From contig CP182352.1 of assembly GCA_048571215.1 (NCBI GenBank), positions 2,496,001-2,560,000 of the forward strand: DNA of 64,000 bases, in the 5' to 3' direction. A program made the position numbers and the translations under genes. Each line of letters opens with the position of its first letter. Within the stretch, counting starts at the first letter, position 1. The notes beneath the pieces are model-generated. The model was given only the letters and a program-made list of their open reading frames with translations, did not search any database and had not been told where the DNA came from. Origin of the DNA: Halarcobacter sp. (lineage in GTDB: Bacteria; Campylobacterota; Campylobacteria; Campylobacterales; Arcobacteraceae). Shown here piece after piece: positions 20,719 through 30,380 of this stretch.

Positions 20719-23184
20719 CTATCCCTTTACAACTAGATTTACTAACTTATTTGGAACTACAATCTCTTTGATAAGAGTTTTTTCTTCCAACCATTTGCTT
20801 GAAGCCTCTTTTGCTAAAGCCAAGATTTCATCTTTGCTTGTATCAGGAGCCACTTCTATTTCACACCTTTTTTTACCATTTATTGTAACAGCTAAAACGA
20901 TTGAATCTAAAGCAAAAACTTCATCTTTTATCTTTATATCTGCTCCAAAATTTTTTCTATCAAATAGTACATCTGCAATTTCCCAAGTTAAGTGAGGGAT
21001 AATTGGTTCTAAAATATTTGTTAAAATATAGTATCCCTCTGCCCATACAAGTTCATTATCTTGTGCTTGAAGTGCATTCATAGCTTCCATTGAAGCTGCA
21101 ATTAGTGTATTAAAAGCATAAGTTTTATTAAATACATCACTAGACTTTTGTAAGGCTTCATATACTTTTCTTCTTGCCTCTTTTTCATCTTTTGACAAAC
21201 TAGAATGATCAATATTTTGGAAGTTTTTAACACCCTCGCTTGTAACTTGTGCTGATCTTTCTGAGAACTTTCTTATAAATCTAAAAGCTCCATCAACTGC
21301 ACTGTCATTCCACTCTAACTCTTTTGTAGGAGGAGCCGCAAACAACATAAATAATCTAGCTGTATCTGCTCCATATTTTTCTATAATCAAATCAGGGTCA
21401 ACTACATTACCCTTAGATTTAGACATTTTAGCCCCATCTTTTAAAACCATACCTTGAGTAAGTAGTCTTTTAAATGGTTCCCTTGAATTTGTATAACCTA
21501 AATCATTTAATACTTTTGTAAAAAATCTTGCATAAAGTAGGTGTAAAATTGCATGTTCAATCCCACCAATATATTGGTCAACATCCATCCAATAGTCACT
21601 ATCAGATTCTGATACACCTATTTTATTCCATTTTTTTGGATTTGTAGCATATCTTAAGAAGTACCATGATGATTGAACAAAAGTATCTAAGGTATCTGTT
21701 TCTCTTATAGCATCTTTTCCACATTTTGGACATTTACAATGTTTCCAAGTTGGATGAGTATCTAAAGGATTTCCTTCCCCTGTAATCTCAACATCTTCTG
21801 GAAGTGCAATAGGTAGATTTGATAGTTTTTCAGGGACTAAACCACAACTATCACAATGTACAAAAGGAATTGGTGCACCCCAATATCTTTGACGACTCAC
21901 TCCCCAATCTCTAAGTTTGAAGTTTATTTTTTTTGTTCCAAGTGAATTTTGCTCAAAGAAATAAATTATCCCTTTTTTAGCTCTTGTATTTGGTTGTCCT
22001 GAGAAACCTTCAGAGTTTATAAGTTTACCCTCAGCTGTATAGGCTTCCGTCATTCTATCAATAACTCCAGCATCTCCAACAATTACTTGTTTTAAAGGTA
22101 ATTCATACTCTTTTGCAAACTCAAAATCTCTTTGGTCATGGGCAGGCACTGCCATAACAGCTCCCCCACCATAAGAACTCAATACAAAGTTTGCAACCCA
22201 TACAGGGATTCTTTCAGCTGTTAAAGGATGGATAACTTCTATCTCTAAAGATACACCCTCTTTTGGCATAGTTGCTCTATCTCTTTCACTAACCTTTTGC
22301 ATAGCTTTTATTTTATTTAGCTTATTGTCATCTAAAAGTTTATTTTCAACTAGATATTGTACTATTGGATGTTCTGGCGCTAAGGCTGAGTAGGTAACCC
22401 CATAAATAGTATCTGGTCGTGTAGTAAATACATTATATGAAGAGAATTGTTTATCAAGTTTGTATCTAGCCTCTTTTGTAAGCTCAAAAGTAAACTCTAA
22501 ACCTTCACTTCTACCTATCCAATTCTCTTGCATAGTAAGTACCTGAGATGGCCATTGCCCCTCTAGTGATGACAAATCATCAAGTAACTCTTGGGCATAT
22601 TTAGTAATACCAATATAATATCCTGGCATCTCTTTTTGCTCAACAGGTGTTCCACATCTCCAACAACACCCCTCTTCTAACTGCTCATTAGCTAAAACAG
22701 TTAAATCATGCGGACACCAATTTACAGTTGTAGACTTTCTATATAAAAGCCCCTCTTCAAACATTTTGATAATAAACTCTTGTTCCCATTTAGTATATAA
22801 CTCATCACTTGTAGCAAACTCTCTTGTAGTAGAAAAACTAAGACCTAAAGATTTAAGTTCATCTCTCATATAGTCTATATTTTCATAAGTCCATTTTTTA
22901 GGATGAAGTTTATGCTTAATCGCTGCATTTTCTGCTGGCATACCAAAACTATCCCAACCAATTGGGTGTAAAACATTAAAATTAGCTTTTCTAAAAAATC
23001 TAGCAAAAGCATCACCTAAACAGTAGTTTCTAACATGCCCCATATGAATACGTCCACTTGGGTATGGAAACATACTTAAAATATATTTTTTCTCTTTTTC
23101 TGTACTATCTTCTGGTTCAAAACTATTATTTTCAATCCAATATTTTTGCCATTTTGCTTCAATATCTTTTGGATTATATTCCAT
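20719..23184 (-). CDS. leuS: Leucine-tRNA ligase
   Basis: MFPYPSG..HMGH, KMSKS; 821 aa. Confidence 0.98.
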   Translation of the reverse strand: MEYNPKDIEAKWQKYWIENNSFEPEDSTEKEKKYILSMFPYPSGRIHMGHVRNYCLGDAFARFFRKANFNVLHPIGWDSFGMPAENAAIKHKLHPKKWTYENIDYMRDELKSLGLSFSTTREFATSDELYTKWEQEFIIKMFEEGLLYRKSTTVNWCPHDLTVLANEQLEEGCCWRCGTPVEQKEMPGYYIGITKYAQELLDDLSSLEGQWPSQVLTMQENWIGRSEGLEFTFELTKEARYKLDKQFSSYNVFTTRPDTIYGVTYSALAPEHPIVQYLVENKLLDDNKLNKIKAMQKVSERDRATMPKEGVSLEIEVIHPLTAERIPVWVANFVLSSYGGGAVMAVPAHDQRDFEFAKEYELPLKQVIVGDAGVIDRMTEAYTAEGKLINSEGFSGQPNTRAKKGIIYFFEQNSLGTKKINFKLRDWGVSRQRYWGAPIPFVHCDSCGLVPEKLSNLPIALPEDVEITGEGNPLDTHPTWKHCKCPKCGKDAIRETDTLDTFVQSSWYFLRYATNPKKWNKIGVSESDSDYWMDVDQYIGGIEHAILHLLYARFFTKVLNDLGYTNSREPFKRLLTQGMVLKDGAKMSKSKGNVVDPDLIIEKYGADTARLFMLFAAPPTKELEWNDSAVDGAFRFIRKFSERSAQVTSEGVKNFQNIDHSSLSKDEKEARRKVYEALQKSSDVFNKTYAFNTLIAASMEAMNALQAQDNELVWAEGYYILTNILEPIIPHLTWEIADVLFDRKNFGADIKIKDEVFALDSIVLAVTINGKKRCEIEVAPDTSKDEILALAKEASSKWLEEKTLIKEIVVPNKLVNLVVKG

Positions 23185-23528
23185 TAATACTCTTCCTTAT
23201 CTTGACTTTTTGTACTCTCAATTAAAGCTAAAGCGATTGAGAATATATTTGCAACAACTGCACCAATTGCAAGTGAAGTTGCCATTGATTCATCTCCAAT
23301 AAAAGTCAACACCATAAATGCAGGAATAAGATGTAAATCTGCAACTAACGAACTAGCTAATAACTCAGCCGCCAAAAGATTTTTAACTCCAATTTTAAGA
23401 ATCGTAGAGATTACATTAACACCAGCTGCTAAAAAAAGAGCTACCGAATTTGGTTCATATAAAAACCCCGCTGTAGTTGTTAGAGACATAAGTGAAAAGA
23501 ATATGTATGTTACCTTACCCCAATCCAT
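23184..23528 (-). CDS. Conserved Campylobacterota membrane protein (DUF6394-like)
   Basis: MDWGKV..FF.LMSLT..; overlaps the leuS start. Confidence 0.7.
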   Translation of the reverse strand: MDWGKVTYIFFSLMSLTTTAGFLYEPNSVALFLAAGVNVISTILKIGVKNLLAAELLASSLVADLHLIPAFMVLTFIGDESMATSLAIGAVVANIFSIALALIESTKSQDKEEY

Positions 23529-23614
23529 GATTATCCTTCTATTATTGTATATTTAAGGGTAGATTTTATCTAAACTATAATAAAAAAGCTCTTTTGAAAG
23601 CTTTTATTATAACT

Positions 23615-24082
23615 TTAGGTTCTTTTTTTAATCGTAACTATCAATTGATATAAGAAATAAGTTAGTAAAAGTTTGAAAAATAGTTCAATAAAAAAAACAA
23701 ATCCAAATTTTAAATCAAAGAAATGAAAAGGGTTTATATTTTGAAGTAAAAAATTAAGTGTAAAATCATTTGTAACAACAAAATAAAGACCAATAGCACT
23801 AAAAAACATAAACTTCATAATAGTTCTTTTAGTTCCTTGAATAATATTATAAATAAAAAACCAAACATAAGTTGTAACAAGAATAGCAACTAAAGCCTCA
23901 GTATAAATAGAATGGGGTATGTTTTCAATTATTTTTTCACTATTATCTATAAACAAATATTCAATTATAGAAGCTATCAACTCAACAACAATAAGCCAAA
24001 AAAGTAGTAGCTGCCAATTTGTAGTATTTTCAGATGTCACTTTGTCAAAATTATATTTTATTTTTTTTATATTATCTTTCAT
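23615..24082 (-). CDS. Hypothetical membrane protein
   Basis: 155 aa with about 4 hydrophobic segments; RBS GAGG. Confidence 0.65.
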   Translation of the reverse strand: MKDNIKKIKYNFDKVTSENTTNWQLLLFWLIVVELIASIIEYLFIDNSEKIIENIPHSIYTEALVAILVTTYVWFFIYNIIQGTKRTIMKFMFFSAIGLYFVVTNDFTLNFLLQNINPFHFFDLKFGFVFFIELFFKLLLTYFLYQLIVTIKKRT

Positions 24083-24160
24083 GCGTCCCTCATGTAAATA
24101 TTTTTTAGTTATTATATATATTATAACATTAGAATAGTATCACATCAGTATCATTTTATG

Positions 24161-25039
24161 TTAATTTTTTATTTTTTTATTATATATCTTTATTTTCGTC
24201 TTGTATTTTGACGAATTGAGATAATTAGTTGGGAGACTAGGTAATTTTTTTTCTAAAATATATTTAGAAAGAATTGAACTAAGAATTATTTTTCTAATTT
24301 TATGTTCAATATAAATACCACACTTACAATTTATCATTGAAATGTTATAAAAACGATTCCATGTTTTACCATTATCTTGAGATATTTCTAGTTTGTTTTC
24401 ATTTCCTTTTAAATGTATGTCCTTATATCTCATATTTAATTTTTCAATAATTAACTTACTTGGGGGTAAAATTTTTATTTTTAGAGAAATTTCTCTTAAT
24501 TTTTCTCTAATTAAAATTACATTTCCTATACATTCTATATCCCAATTATCAATATATACATCCCATTTATTATTAATAATTTTTAACGATTTTTTTCCTA
24601 ATGAATTATAAAAAACTCCTGAAATCAATATTCCATTCTCATCTTTTTGTATAGATAAAATTGGCTTCTCATTTATTTGAATTAAGTTTTTACAATTTTT
24701 ATAATGTGTACCAGCTATGCTTATATCTAAATCATTATCTGAAAAATCAAAATATTCATGAGCAAATTTATCTGATAAACATTTTGGTTTTTCATTCGCT
24801 TTAATAACTTTTTCTAAAGATAAAACTCCTCTATTTCTTTTTTGATTACATTGCATACATAATAATGTAATTTCATCTTCACTATGTTCTAAAGCATCTT
24901 TAAATTCAGGATAGAAATGTTCATAATCATACCATGCAAATCCACATATTACACAGCCATAACCACATCTTTTTCTTACATTTCTTTTTATATCTGCTGG
25001 TATATTTCTAGATAAACCATGTTTGTTAATACTAGACAT
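24161..25039 (-). CDS. HNH endonuclease-like protein
   Basis: SR.IP.D.KR.VR.RCGYGCVICG...YEHF.P..H..ITLLC..CN; probable start MSSINK at 25039. Confidence 0.7.
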   Translation of the reverse strand: MSSINKHGLSRNIPADIKRNVRKRCGYGCVICGFAWYDYEHFYPEFKDALEHSEDEITLLCMQCNQKRNRGVLSLEKVIKANEKPKCLSDKFAHEYFDFSDNDLDISIAGTHYKNCKNLIQINEKPILSIQKDENGILISGVFYNSLGKKSLKIINNKWDVYIDNWDIECIGNVILIREKLREISLKIKILPPSKLIIEKLNMRYKDIHLKGNENKLEISQDNGKTWNRFYNISMINCKCGIYIEHKIRKIILSSILSKYILEKKLPSLPTNYLNSSKYKTKIKIYNKKIKN

Positions 25040-25130
25040 AACTTTCCTAAATAAAATTAATAAAATCATTATATTTAAAATATAATTTATTCTCTCTTGA
25101 AGAGTAAGCAGAGAAAAATTTTCTTATGTA

Positions 25131-25359
25131 AATTGAATATCACACCAACTAAAACAAAATGGTACTAAAAAATGCAAAGGTCAATTTTCCCTATTCCCGC
25201 ATTTGAGAAGCCGAGTGTTTATTTATTGTTTCGGAGAAGTTTTGTAACTGTTTGAACAGAACAAATATGCTGGGAGCATATTTTTATGTGAGTTTTACAA
25301 AACAGAAACAATAAATAATAAGCGAGGGTAGTTTCACCTTCGAAACCCGCGGGATAATT
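25131..25359 (+). repeat. Structured repeat element copy A, left part (interrupted by IS110)
   Basis: Aligns with 27023-27256; nested inverted repeats. Confidence 0.85.
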
Positions 25360-25369
25360 CGTATAATAA

Positions 25370-25600
25370 AATATTGGAAATATGATAGTATATTTTCATA
25401 GAGTTCAATAGAAGATGATATATTGTGTGGGTGGTTGAAGCAATTAAAAATAATTTTAATTAGCTTGTAAAGAAGTTCAATAGTTATACTTCAAATTTGA
25501 GTGGCAACAAGAACAGTTTTATAACTAGTTCGTATTTACGAGTCTAAAGTTTGTATGACGAAATATCAGGTAGGAATTTTATTCCTACCCTAACGAACTC
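25370..25600 (+). ncRNA. Putative IS110 bridge RNA
   Basis: TATAAT at 25362; two stem-enclosed internal loops whose unpaired segments match the target (25429-25436, 25469-25475) and the donor junction (25501-25508, 25537-25542); transcript ends approximate. Confidence 0.75.
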
Positions 25601-25626
25601 TTTATATTAATACAAAGGTTCTAGAT

Positions 25627-26610
25627 ATGTATTCTATCGGATTAGATATAAGTAAGTCAACAATTAATATTTATATCCCTATCAATGATTTAGATATTCA
25701 AATATCAAATAATTTGAAATCACTTAAAGGTTTTTATTCTAAGTTAAAAAAACTTTATAAAAAAGATATAGATAAACTTGTATTTGTTTTTGAACCTACA
25801 GCTAATTATTCCTTTTTAATTAAAAAGTTTTGTTCTGAAAAAAGTATACACTGTTTTATTGTTAATCCAAAGAAAAGTGCTAACTTTGCTAAAGCAATTG
25901 GTCAAAGAAATAAAACTGACCTTTTAGATGCTAGAATGTTATCTCAGATGATAGTTACTGCAAGAAAAAATCAGATTAAAATACCCATTATTAATCCTTA
26001 TGCCGAGGAATTAAAAGAGCTTATTACATATTATAAATTTATATCAAAAATTAAAACTCAAAATAAAAATCATTTGGAAGCTTTAGTTTCAAAAGATGCT
26101 TCATCTATTATAATTAAATCATTAAGAAAAGATATAAAATCATTTGAAAAAAAAGAAAAAGATATTCTTATTGAGATAAAAAAAGTTATTGCAAAAGACA
26201 AAAATTTACATAATGCATTTTTAAATATCCAAACTATAAAAGGCATAGGAGAATTATCTTCAATTATATTATTACACCATTTTATACAATATCCTGATAC
26301 AAATCAAAAGCAAATTGTTTCATTAGCTGGATTAGATCCAGTTAGTAGAGATTCTGGTTCATCAATAAAAGGAAAAACAAAAATATCAAAATCTGGTTCA
26401 AAATTATGTAGGGGTACATTATTTATGGCAGTAATGACAGCGATACAATACAATGAAGAATTAAAAATATTTTATAATAGATTAAAAGAGAATGGCAAAC
26501 ATACTACTGTAGCACAAATTGCTGTAATGCGAAAAATGATTGTAATTGCTCACTCATTATATAAAAATAATAATATATATGACCCTAATAAATTTAAAAG
26601 TATATCATAA
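25627..26610 (+). CDS. IS110-family transposase (DEDD recombinase)
   Basis: GLDISK, FEPT, KTDLLDA (DEDD); I.GIG, AGLDP...SGSS, ISK.G...R. Confidence 0.95.
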   Translation: MYSIGLDISKSTINIYIPINDLDIQISNNLKSLKGFYSKLKKLYKKDIDKLVFVFEPTANYSFLIKKFCSEKSIHCFIVNPKKSANFAKAIGQRNKTDLLDARMLSQMIVTARKNQIKIPIINPYAEELKELITYYKFISKIKTQNKNHLEALVSKDASSIIIKSLRKDIKSFEKKEKDILIEIKKVIAKDKNLHNAFLNIQTIKGIGELSSIILLHHFIQYPDTNQKQIVSLAGLDPVSRDSGSSIKGKTKISKSGSKLCRGTLFMAVMTAIQYNEELKIFYNRLKENGKHTTVAQIAVMRKMIVIAHSLYKNNNIYDPNKFKSIS

Positions 26611-26659
26611 ATATTAGATTTAAATATTTTATATTTTATCATTTTTTAAGGTGGCAACT

Positions 26660-26755
26660 TCTTTGCTACTTTCTTTTTCACAAAAGAAAGTCGATAGAAA
26701 TTAAGACGTATAGTAAAAGTTTATTTATACTCAAATATATTAATAATAGTTTTAA
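26660..26755 (+). repeat. Structured repeat element copy A, right part
   Basis: TTTGCTACTTTCTTTT..AAAAGAAAGTCGA..AGACGTA..AAAAGTTTATTTATACTCAAATA matches 27258-27372. Confidence 0.85.
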
Positions 26756-26782
26756 GTGTATGCAATTATCTTGTAGAACAAA

Positions 26783-26990
26783 GTTCTCCGCTTTCTTTAC
26801 TTTTAGTGGTAAAAGTAAAACAAAAGCCACCAGACGGTTGTTGAAGCTAAAGTTCCCTACAGCTTTCTAATTATTTCCTGACCTGCGGGACGCCTTCCTA
26901 AAAGGTACATTCAGTACCTTTTATCCAGTTGAACGGTCCTCGGTCTTCTCCGAAAATAATTAAAAACCTTCCGGCTTCAACAAAGTCTGG
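26783..26990 (-). repeat. Structured repeat element copy C (inverted, diverged)
   Basis: Reverse complement keeps TTG..GAAGCCG, TTCGGAGAAG, AGGGAAC..GCTTC and the terminal TACTTTT/AAAAGTA hairpin in the same nested order. Confidence 0.7.
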
Positions 26991-27022
26991 ACAAATACTC
27001 TAGCCACGAACTTTCTCTTAGT

Positions 27023-27372
27023 AATTGAGTATCACACCAGCTTAAATAAAATGGTAACAAAAAATGCAAAGGTCCTTATCCCACCTTCCCGCATTTGAGA
27101 AGCCGAGTGTTTATTTATCTCTTTTGAAAACAAGTGACTAAACTGTCTGAAGCGTAAAGAAATGTGCTGGGAGCACATTTTAGCAAGTTTTTAGGCACTC
27201 AAAAGGGATGAATAATAAACGAGGGAACCTTCGGCTTCGAAACCTGTGGGATGATTTTTTTGCTACTTTCTTTTTGCCTGCGAGCAGGATTGACATCACA
27301 AAAGAAAGTCGAGAAAGCCAAGACGTACATTAAAAGTTTATTTATACTCAAATATTTTGAAAATAGTTTTAA
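27023..27372 (+). repeat. Structured repeat element copy B (uninterrupted)
   Basis: Homologous to copy A with compensatory stem changes. Confidence 0.85.
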
Positions 27373-27409
27373 TTGGTGAGATACCCAATATATATAAAAT
27401 TTTAAATAT

Positions 27410-27441
27410 AAAAAAAGGAGATAGCAAACTGCTATCTCCTT
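27410..27441 (-). terminator. Intrinsic terminator after secF
   Basis: AAGGAGATAGC-aaact-GCTATCTCCTT followed by a T run on the minus strand. Confidence 0.8.
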
Positions 27442-27475
27442 TGATAGATTAGATGATATTTAGAAACTATGTTTC

Positions 27476-28444
27476 TTATACAGTTCCCTGCTCATACATA
27501 GCTCTTAACTTATCTTTCTCTTTTTGCTTCTTAACTTTCTCAGCCTCTTTAGCTCTAAAATTTGCAATATTAAATTTTAATTGCACTAAAAATGAAGCTG
27601 CAATAAAGATAGATGAGTATGTACCAACGATGATACCTACAAGCATTGTAAAGGCAAAACCGTGGATTATCTCTCCACCGAAGGCAAATAGTGTTATAAC
27701 AACAAAGAATGTTGTCAATGAAGTAAGTGTAGTTCTTGATAAAGTTCTACTTACTGATTCATTTGTTATAAGACTAAGTACTGTTTCTTTTGAGCTTTGT
27801 ATCCCTTCTCTAATTCTATCAAATACGATAATTGTATCGTTTAGAGAGTACCCAAGGATAGTAAGGATTGCTGCTAGGATATCTAGGTTAACCTCTACAC
27901 TAAATAAACTTATTGCACCCATAGCAATAGTAACATCATGTGCTAAAGCTAGGATCGATGCAATGGCAAATCTCCATTCAAACCTAAAAGATACATAAAT
28001 TAGAATAACAATTAAAGAAAGTCCTAATGCCATTAGACCCTTTTCCCTTAACTCTCCACCAACTTTTGGTCCAACCATATCCACTCGTCTTACTTCAAAG
28101 TTTCCAGTTGTATCCAAAATCTTATGCATCTCATCACCAATATCAGTTGCAAGATTTGATGAAGTTCCTGTTACTCTAATAACAACCTCTTCAGGTGTTC
28201 CAAACTCTGTTATTGAAGAACCTTTATAATCTGTTTTATTTAATACTTCTCTTATCTTATCTATTGGTGCTTTTTTGTCATATTTTACTTGTACAATAGT
28301 ACCTCCAGCAAAATCAATACCAAAGTTTAATCCCTTTGTTGTAAGTAAAATAATAGAGGCAATAACCAAAATAGCTGATAGACCTAAAAATGGGATTCTT
28401 TTTCCCATAAAATCATAAATTTTATCGCTTTTAAAAATTTCCAT
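27476..28444 (-). CDS. secF: Protein translocase subunit SecF
   Basis: GIDFAGG, VGPKVG.EL, GYSLNDTIIVFDRIRE; likely start MEIFK at 28444. Confidence 0.97.
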   Translation of the reverse strand: MEIFKSDKIYDFMGKRIPFLGLSAILVIASIILLTTKGLNFGIDFAGGTIVQVKYDKKAPIDKIREVLNKTDYKGSSITEFGTPEEVVIRVTGTSSNLATDIGDEMHKILDTTGNFEVRRVDMVGPKVGGELREKGLMALGLSLIVILIYVSFRFEWRFAIASILALAHDVTIAMGAISLFSVEVNLDILAAILTILGYSLNDTIIVFDRIREGIQSSKETVLSLITNESVSRTLSRTTLTSLTTFFVVITLFAFGGEIIHGFAFTMLVGIIVGTYSSIFIAASFLVQLKFNIANFRAKEAEKVKKQKEKDKLRAMYEQGTV

Positions 28445-28446
28445 TG

Positions 28447-30009
28447 CTAAATCCCAAACCATTTTTTTGTATTTTTATCTTTTGATATTTTAGGTAATAG
28501 TGCCTCATACATTCCATGAGTTCCTAAAATAGCTGTTAACATTGAAGCTAAAATACCAATTGAGATAGTTACTGCAAAACCTTTTATTGGTCCTGTACCA
28601 TATGCGTATAAAATAACTGCTACAAGAAGAGTTGTAATATTTGCATCCAAGATGGCTCTCATTGCATTTGAGTATCCATCTTCAATAGCTTTTGGTATAC
28701 TCATACCGCCTCTTAGAAGCTCTCTTATTCTTTCACTAATAATTACATTGGCATCAACTGCCATACCAACAGTTAGAACAATACCTGCCATACCAGGAAG
28801 TGTTAAGGTTGCTCCAAACATAGCCATAACAGATATAATAATAAAAATATTTGTAACCAAAGCTACATTTGCAATAACACCTGCTCTTCTATAATAAACA
28901 ATCATAAAAATAAATACAATTAAAAAACCAGATATCAGTGCAAACATTGAGGCTTTAATAGAATCAGCTCCCAAGCTAGGTCCAACACTTCTTTTTTCAA
29001 GTAGTGTAACAGAAGCAGGTAATGCCCCACTTCTTAAGGCAATTGCTACATTTCCAGCTTCAACTGTTGTAAAACCACCAGAGATTTGTCCAGAACCACC
29101 ACCGATTCTCTCTCTAATATTTGGTGCAGAATAGACCTTCCCATCTAATACAATAGCAAGTCTTTTTCCTATATTCTTAGCTGTAAAATCTCCAAAAATT
29201 CTTGCTCCACTTGCATTAAGTGTAAAGTTAATAATTGCTTGATTTGACTTATCAAAGGCAACTTTTGCATCTATTACTTGACTCCCATTTAAAATGGGAA
29301 TCTCTTTTACTAAATATTTTTTTTGAGAATTTTTAGTATCTTCTAAGATAATATCTCCATATTGTGCAACTTGAGCTTTACTCATAGTATATACTTGATC
29401 TGCTCTTTCCTCATCAATTGACATCAACTCTAAATTTGCAGGTTTAGAGATAAGTTCCCTTGCTGCCTTTTCATCTGCTTGAGTTTTAATACCAGGAAGT
29501 TCTACAACAATATCAGTATCACCCTGCCTTATAACAATAGGTTCAGCTAAACCAAATTGGTCAAGTCTATTTCTAATAGTCTCAACAGCTTGAGAAACTG
29601 CTAAATCTTTAGTTGTTAAAACTTCAGATTTTGTTAGTTCAACTTTTAAGTCTAAACCATCTTTTGTGATGTTTAAACCTTTTATCTTTTCTAACATCTT
29701 ATCAACTTTTGGTATTTCGTCTTTATCCAAAACAGTAAAAACAACACTGTCATTTTTTATTGAAAGTCCATCTATTAAAATATCTTCATCATCAGCAAAA
29801 TATTTTATAGATGTAGCTATTGATTTGATTTTTGATGTTACTGCTTCATCGGTTTTTACACCCAAAAGCATATGTAGCCCACCTTGTAGGTCAAGACCTA
29901 GTGAGATTTTCTTCCCTGAGTCCATTTGTAAGAAAGAGGGAATTGAAAAAACAACCCCAAATATTACACTCAGCATAAATATAATTAGTCTATAATTAAA
30001 GATTTTCAA
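28447..30009 (-). CDS. secD: Protein translocase subunit SecD
   Basis: LGLDLQGG, GPSLG.DSI, GMAVDANV..ERIRE. Confidence 0.97.
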   Translation of the reverse strand: MKIFNYRLIIFMLSVIFGVVFSIPSFLQMDSGKKISLGLDLQGGLHMLLGVKTDEAVTSKIKSIATSIKYFADDEDILIDGLSIKNDSVVFTVLDKDEIPKVDKMLEKIKGLNITKDGLDLKVELTKSEVLTTKDLAVSQAVETIRNRLDQFGLAEPIVIRQGDTDIVVELPGIKTQADEKAARELISKPANLELMSIDEERADQVYTMSKAQVAQYGDIILEDTKNSQKKYLVKEIPILNGSQVIDAKVAFDKSNQAIINFTLNASGARIFGDFTAKNIGKRLAIVLDGKVYSAPNIRERIGGGSGQISGGFTTVEAGNVAIALRSGALPASVTLLEKRSVGPSLGADSIKASMFALISGFLIVFIFMIVYYRRAGVIANVALVTNIFIIISVMAMFGATLTLPGMAGIVLTVGMAVDANVIISERIRELLRGGMSIPKAIEDGYSNAMRAILDANITTLLVAVILYAYGTGPIKGFAVTISIGILASMLTAILGTHGMYEALLPKISKDKNTKKWFGI

Positions 30010-30044
30010 CTCTTTTCCTTAGAATTTAGAAATAAAATATGAGA

Positions 30045-30075
30045 TTTAAAACATGTAAAAATTACATGTTTTAAA
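30045..30075. other. Perfect hairpin between yajC and secD
   Basis: TTTAAAACATGTAA-aaa-TTACATGTTTTAAA. Confidence 0.5.
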
Positions 30076-30079
30076 AAAA

Positions 30080-30352
30080 TTAATCCACAAGTTTTGCTAC
30101 GAATTCTCTAACAAGTTTCATTTCAGTATTATCATGATTTTTTACAATTAAGTATTCATCTTCAACTTTTGTAATTTCAACCATTAAGCCACCATTTGTT
30201 ACAATCTTATCACCCTTTTTAAGTTCTGCAACCATAGACTTGTGCTGTTTAGCTTGTTTTTGTTGTGGTCTTATAATTAAGAAGTAGAATATTGCAAATA
30301 ATGCAACAAGAGGTAGTAATGAGCTTATTAAATCTGTACTTTGACCGTCCAT
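30080..30352 (-). CDS. yajC: Preprotein translocase subunit YajC
   Basis: FYFLIIRPQQKQ.K..L.KGD.IVT.GG. Confidence 0.95.
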   Translation of the reverse strand: MDGQSTDLISSLLPLVALFAIFYFLIIRPQQKQAKQHKSMVAELKKGDKIVTNGGLMVEITKVEDEYLIVKNHDNTEMKLVREFVAKLVD

Positions 30353-30380
30353 TAAATTTCCTTTGTAAAAGTATTTTTAT

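Larger units (their letters stand above)
25358..26659 (+). mobile_element. IS110-family insertion sequence
   Basis: Removing 25360-26659 restores a site (GGATAA-TT-TCTTTGCTACTTTC) colinear with uninterrupted copy B (GGATGA-TT-TTTTTGCTACTTTC); 2-nt cores TT and CT; no terminal inverted repeats. Confidence 0.9.

Noticed and set aside
24161..25359. HNH gene plus structured element as IscB/HEARO (OMEGA) system
   Set aside because: The ORF has no PLMP or RuvC motifs, the HNH-like domain is N-terminal, and the gene is divergent from the repeat.
25131..27372. Structured repeats as tRNA, rRNA or a known riboswitch
   Set aside because: No cloverleaf, T-loop or recognisable aptamer consensus; copies occur in both orientations and are not in a 5' UTR.
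27453..29995. Plus-strand ORFs overlapping secF and secD (for example 181 aa at 27453)
   Set aside because: Antisense shadows of conserved genes. The same applies to the other short opposite-strand ORFs in the track.
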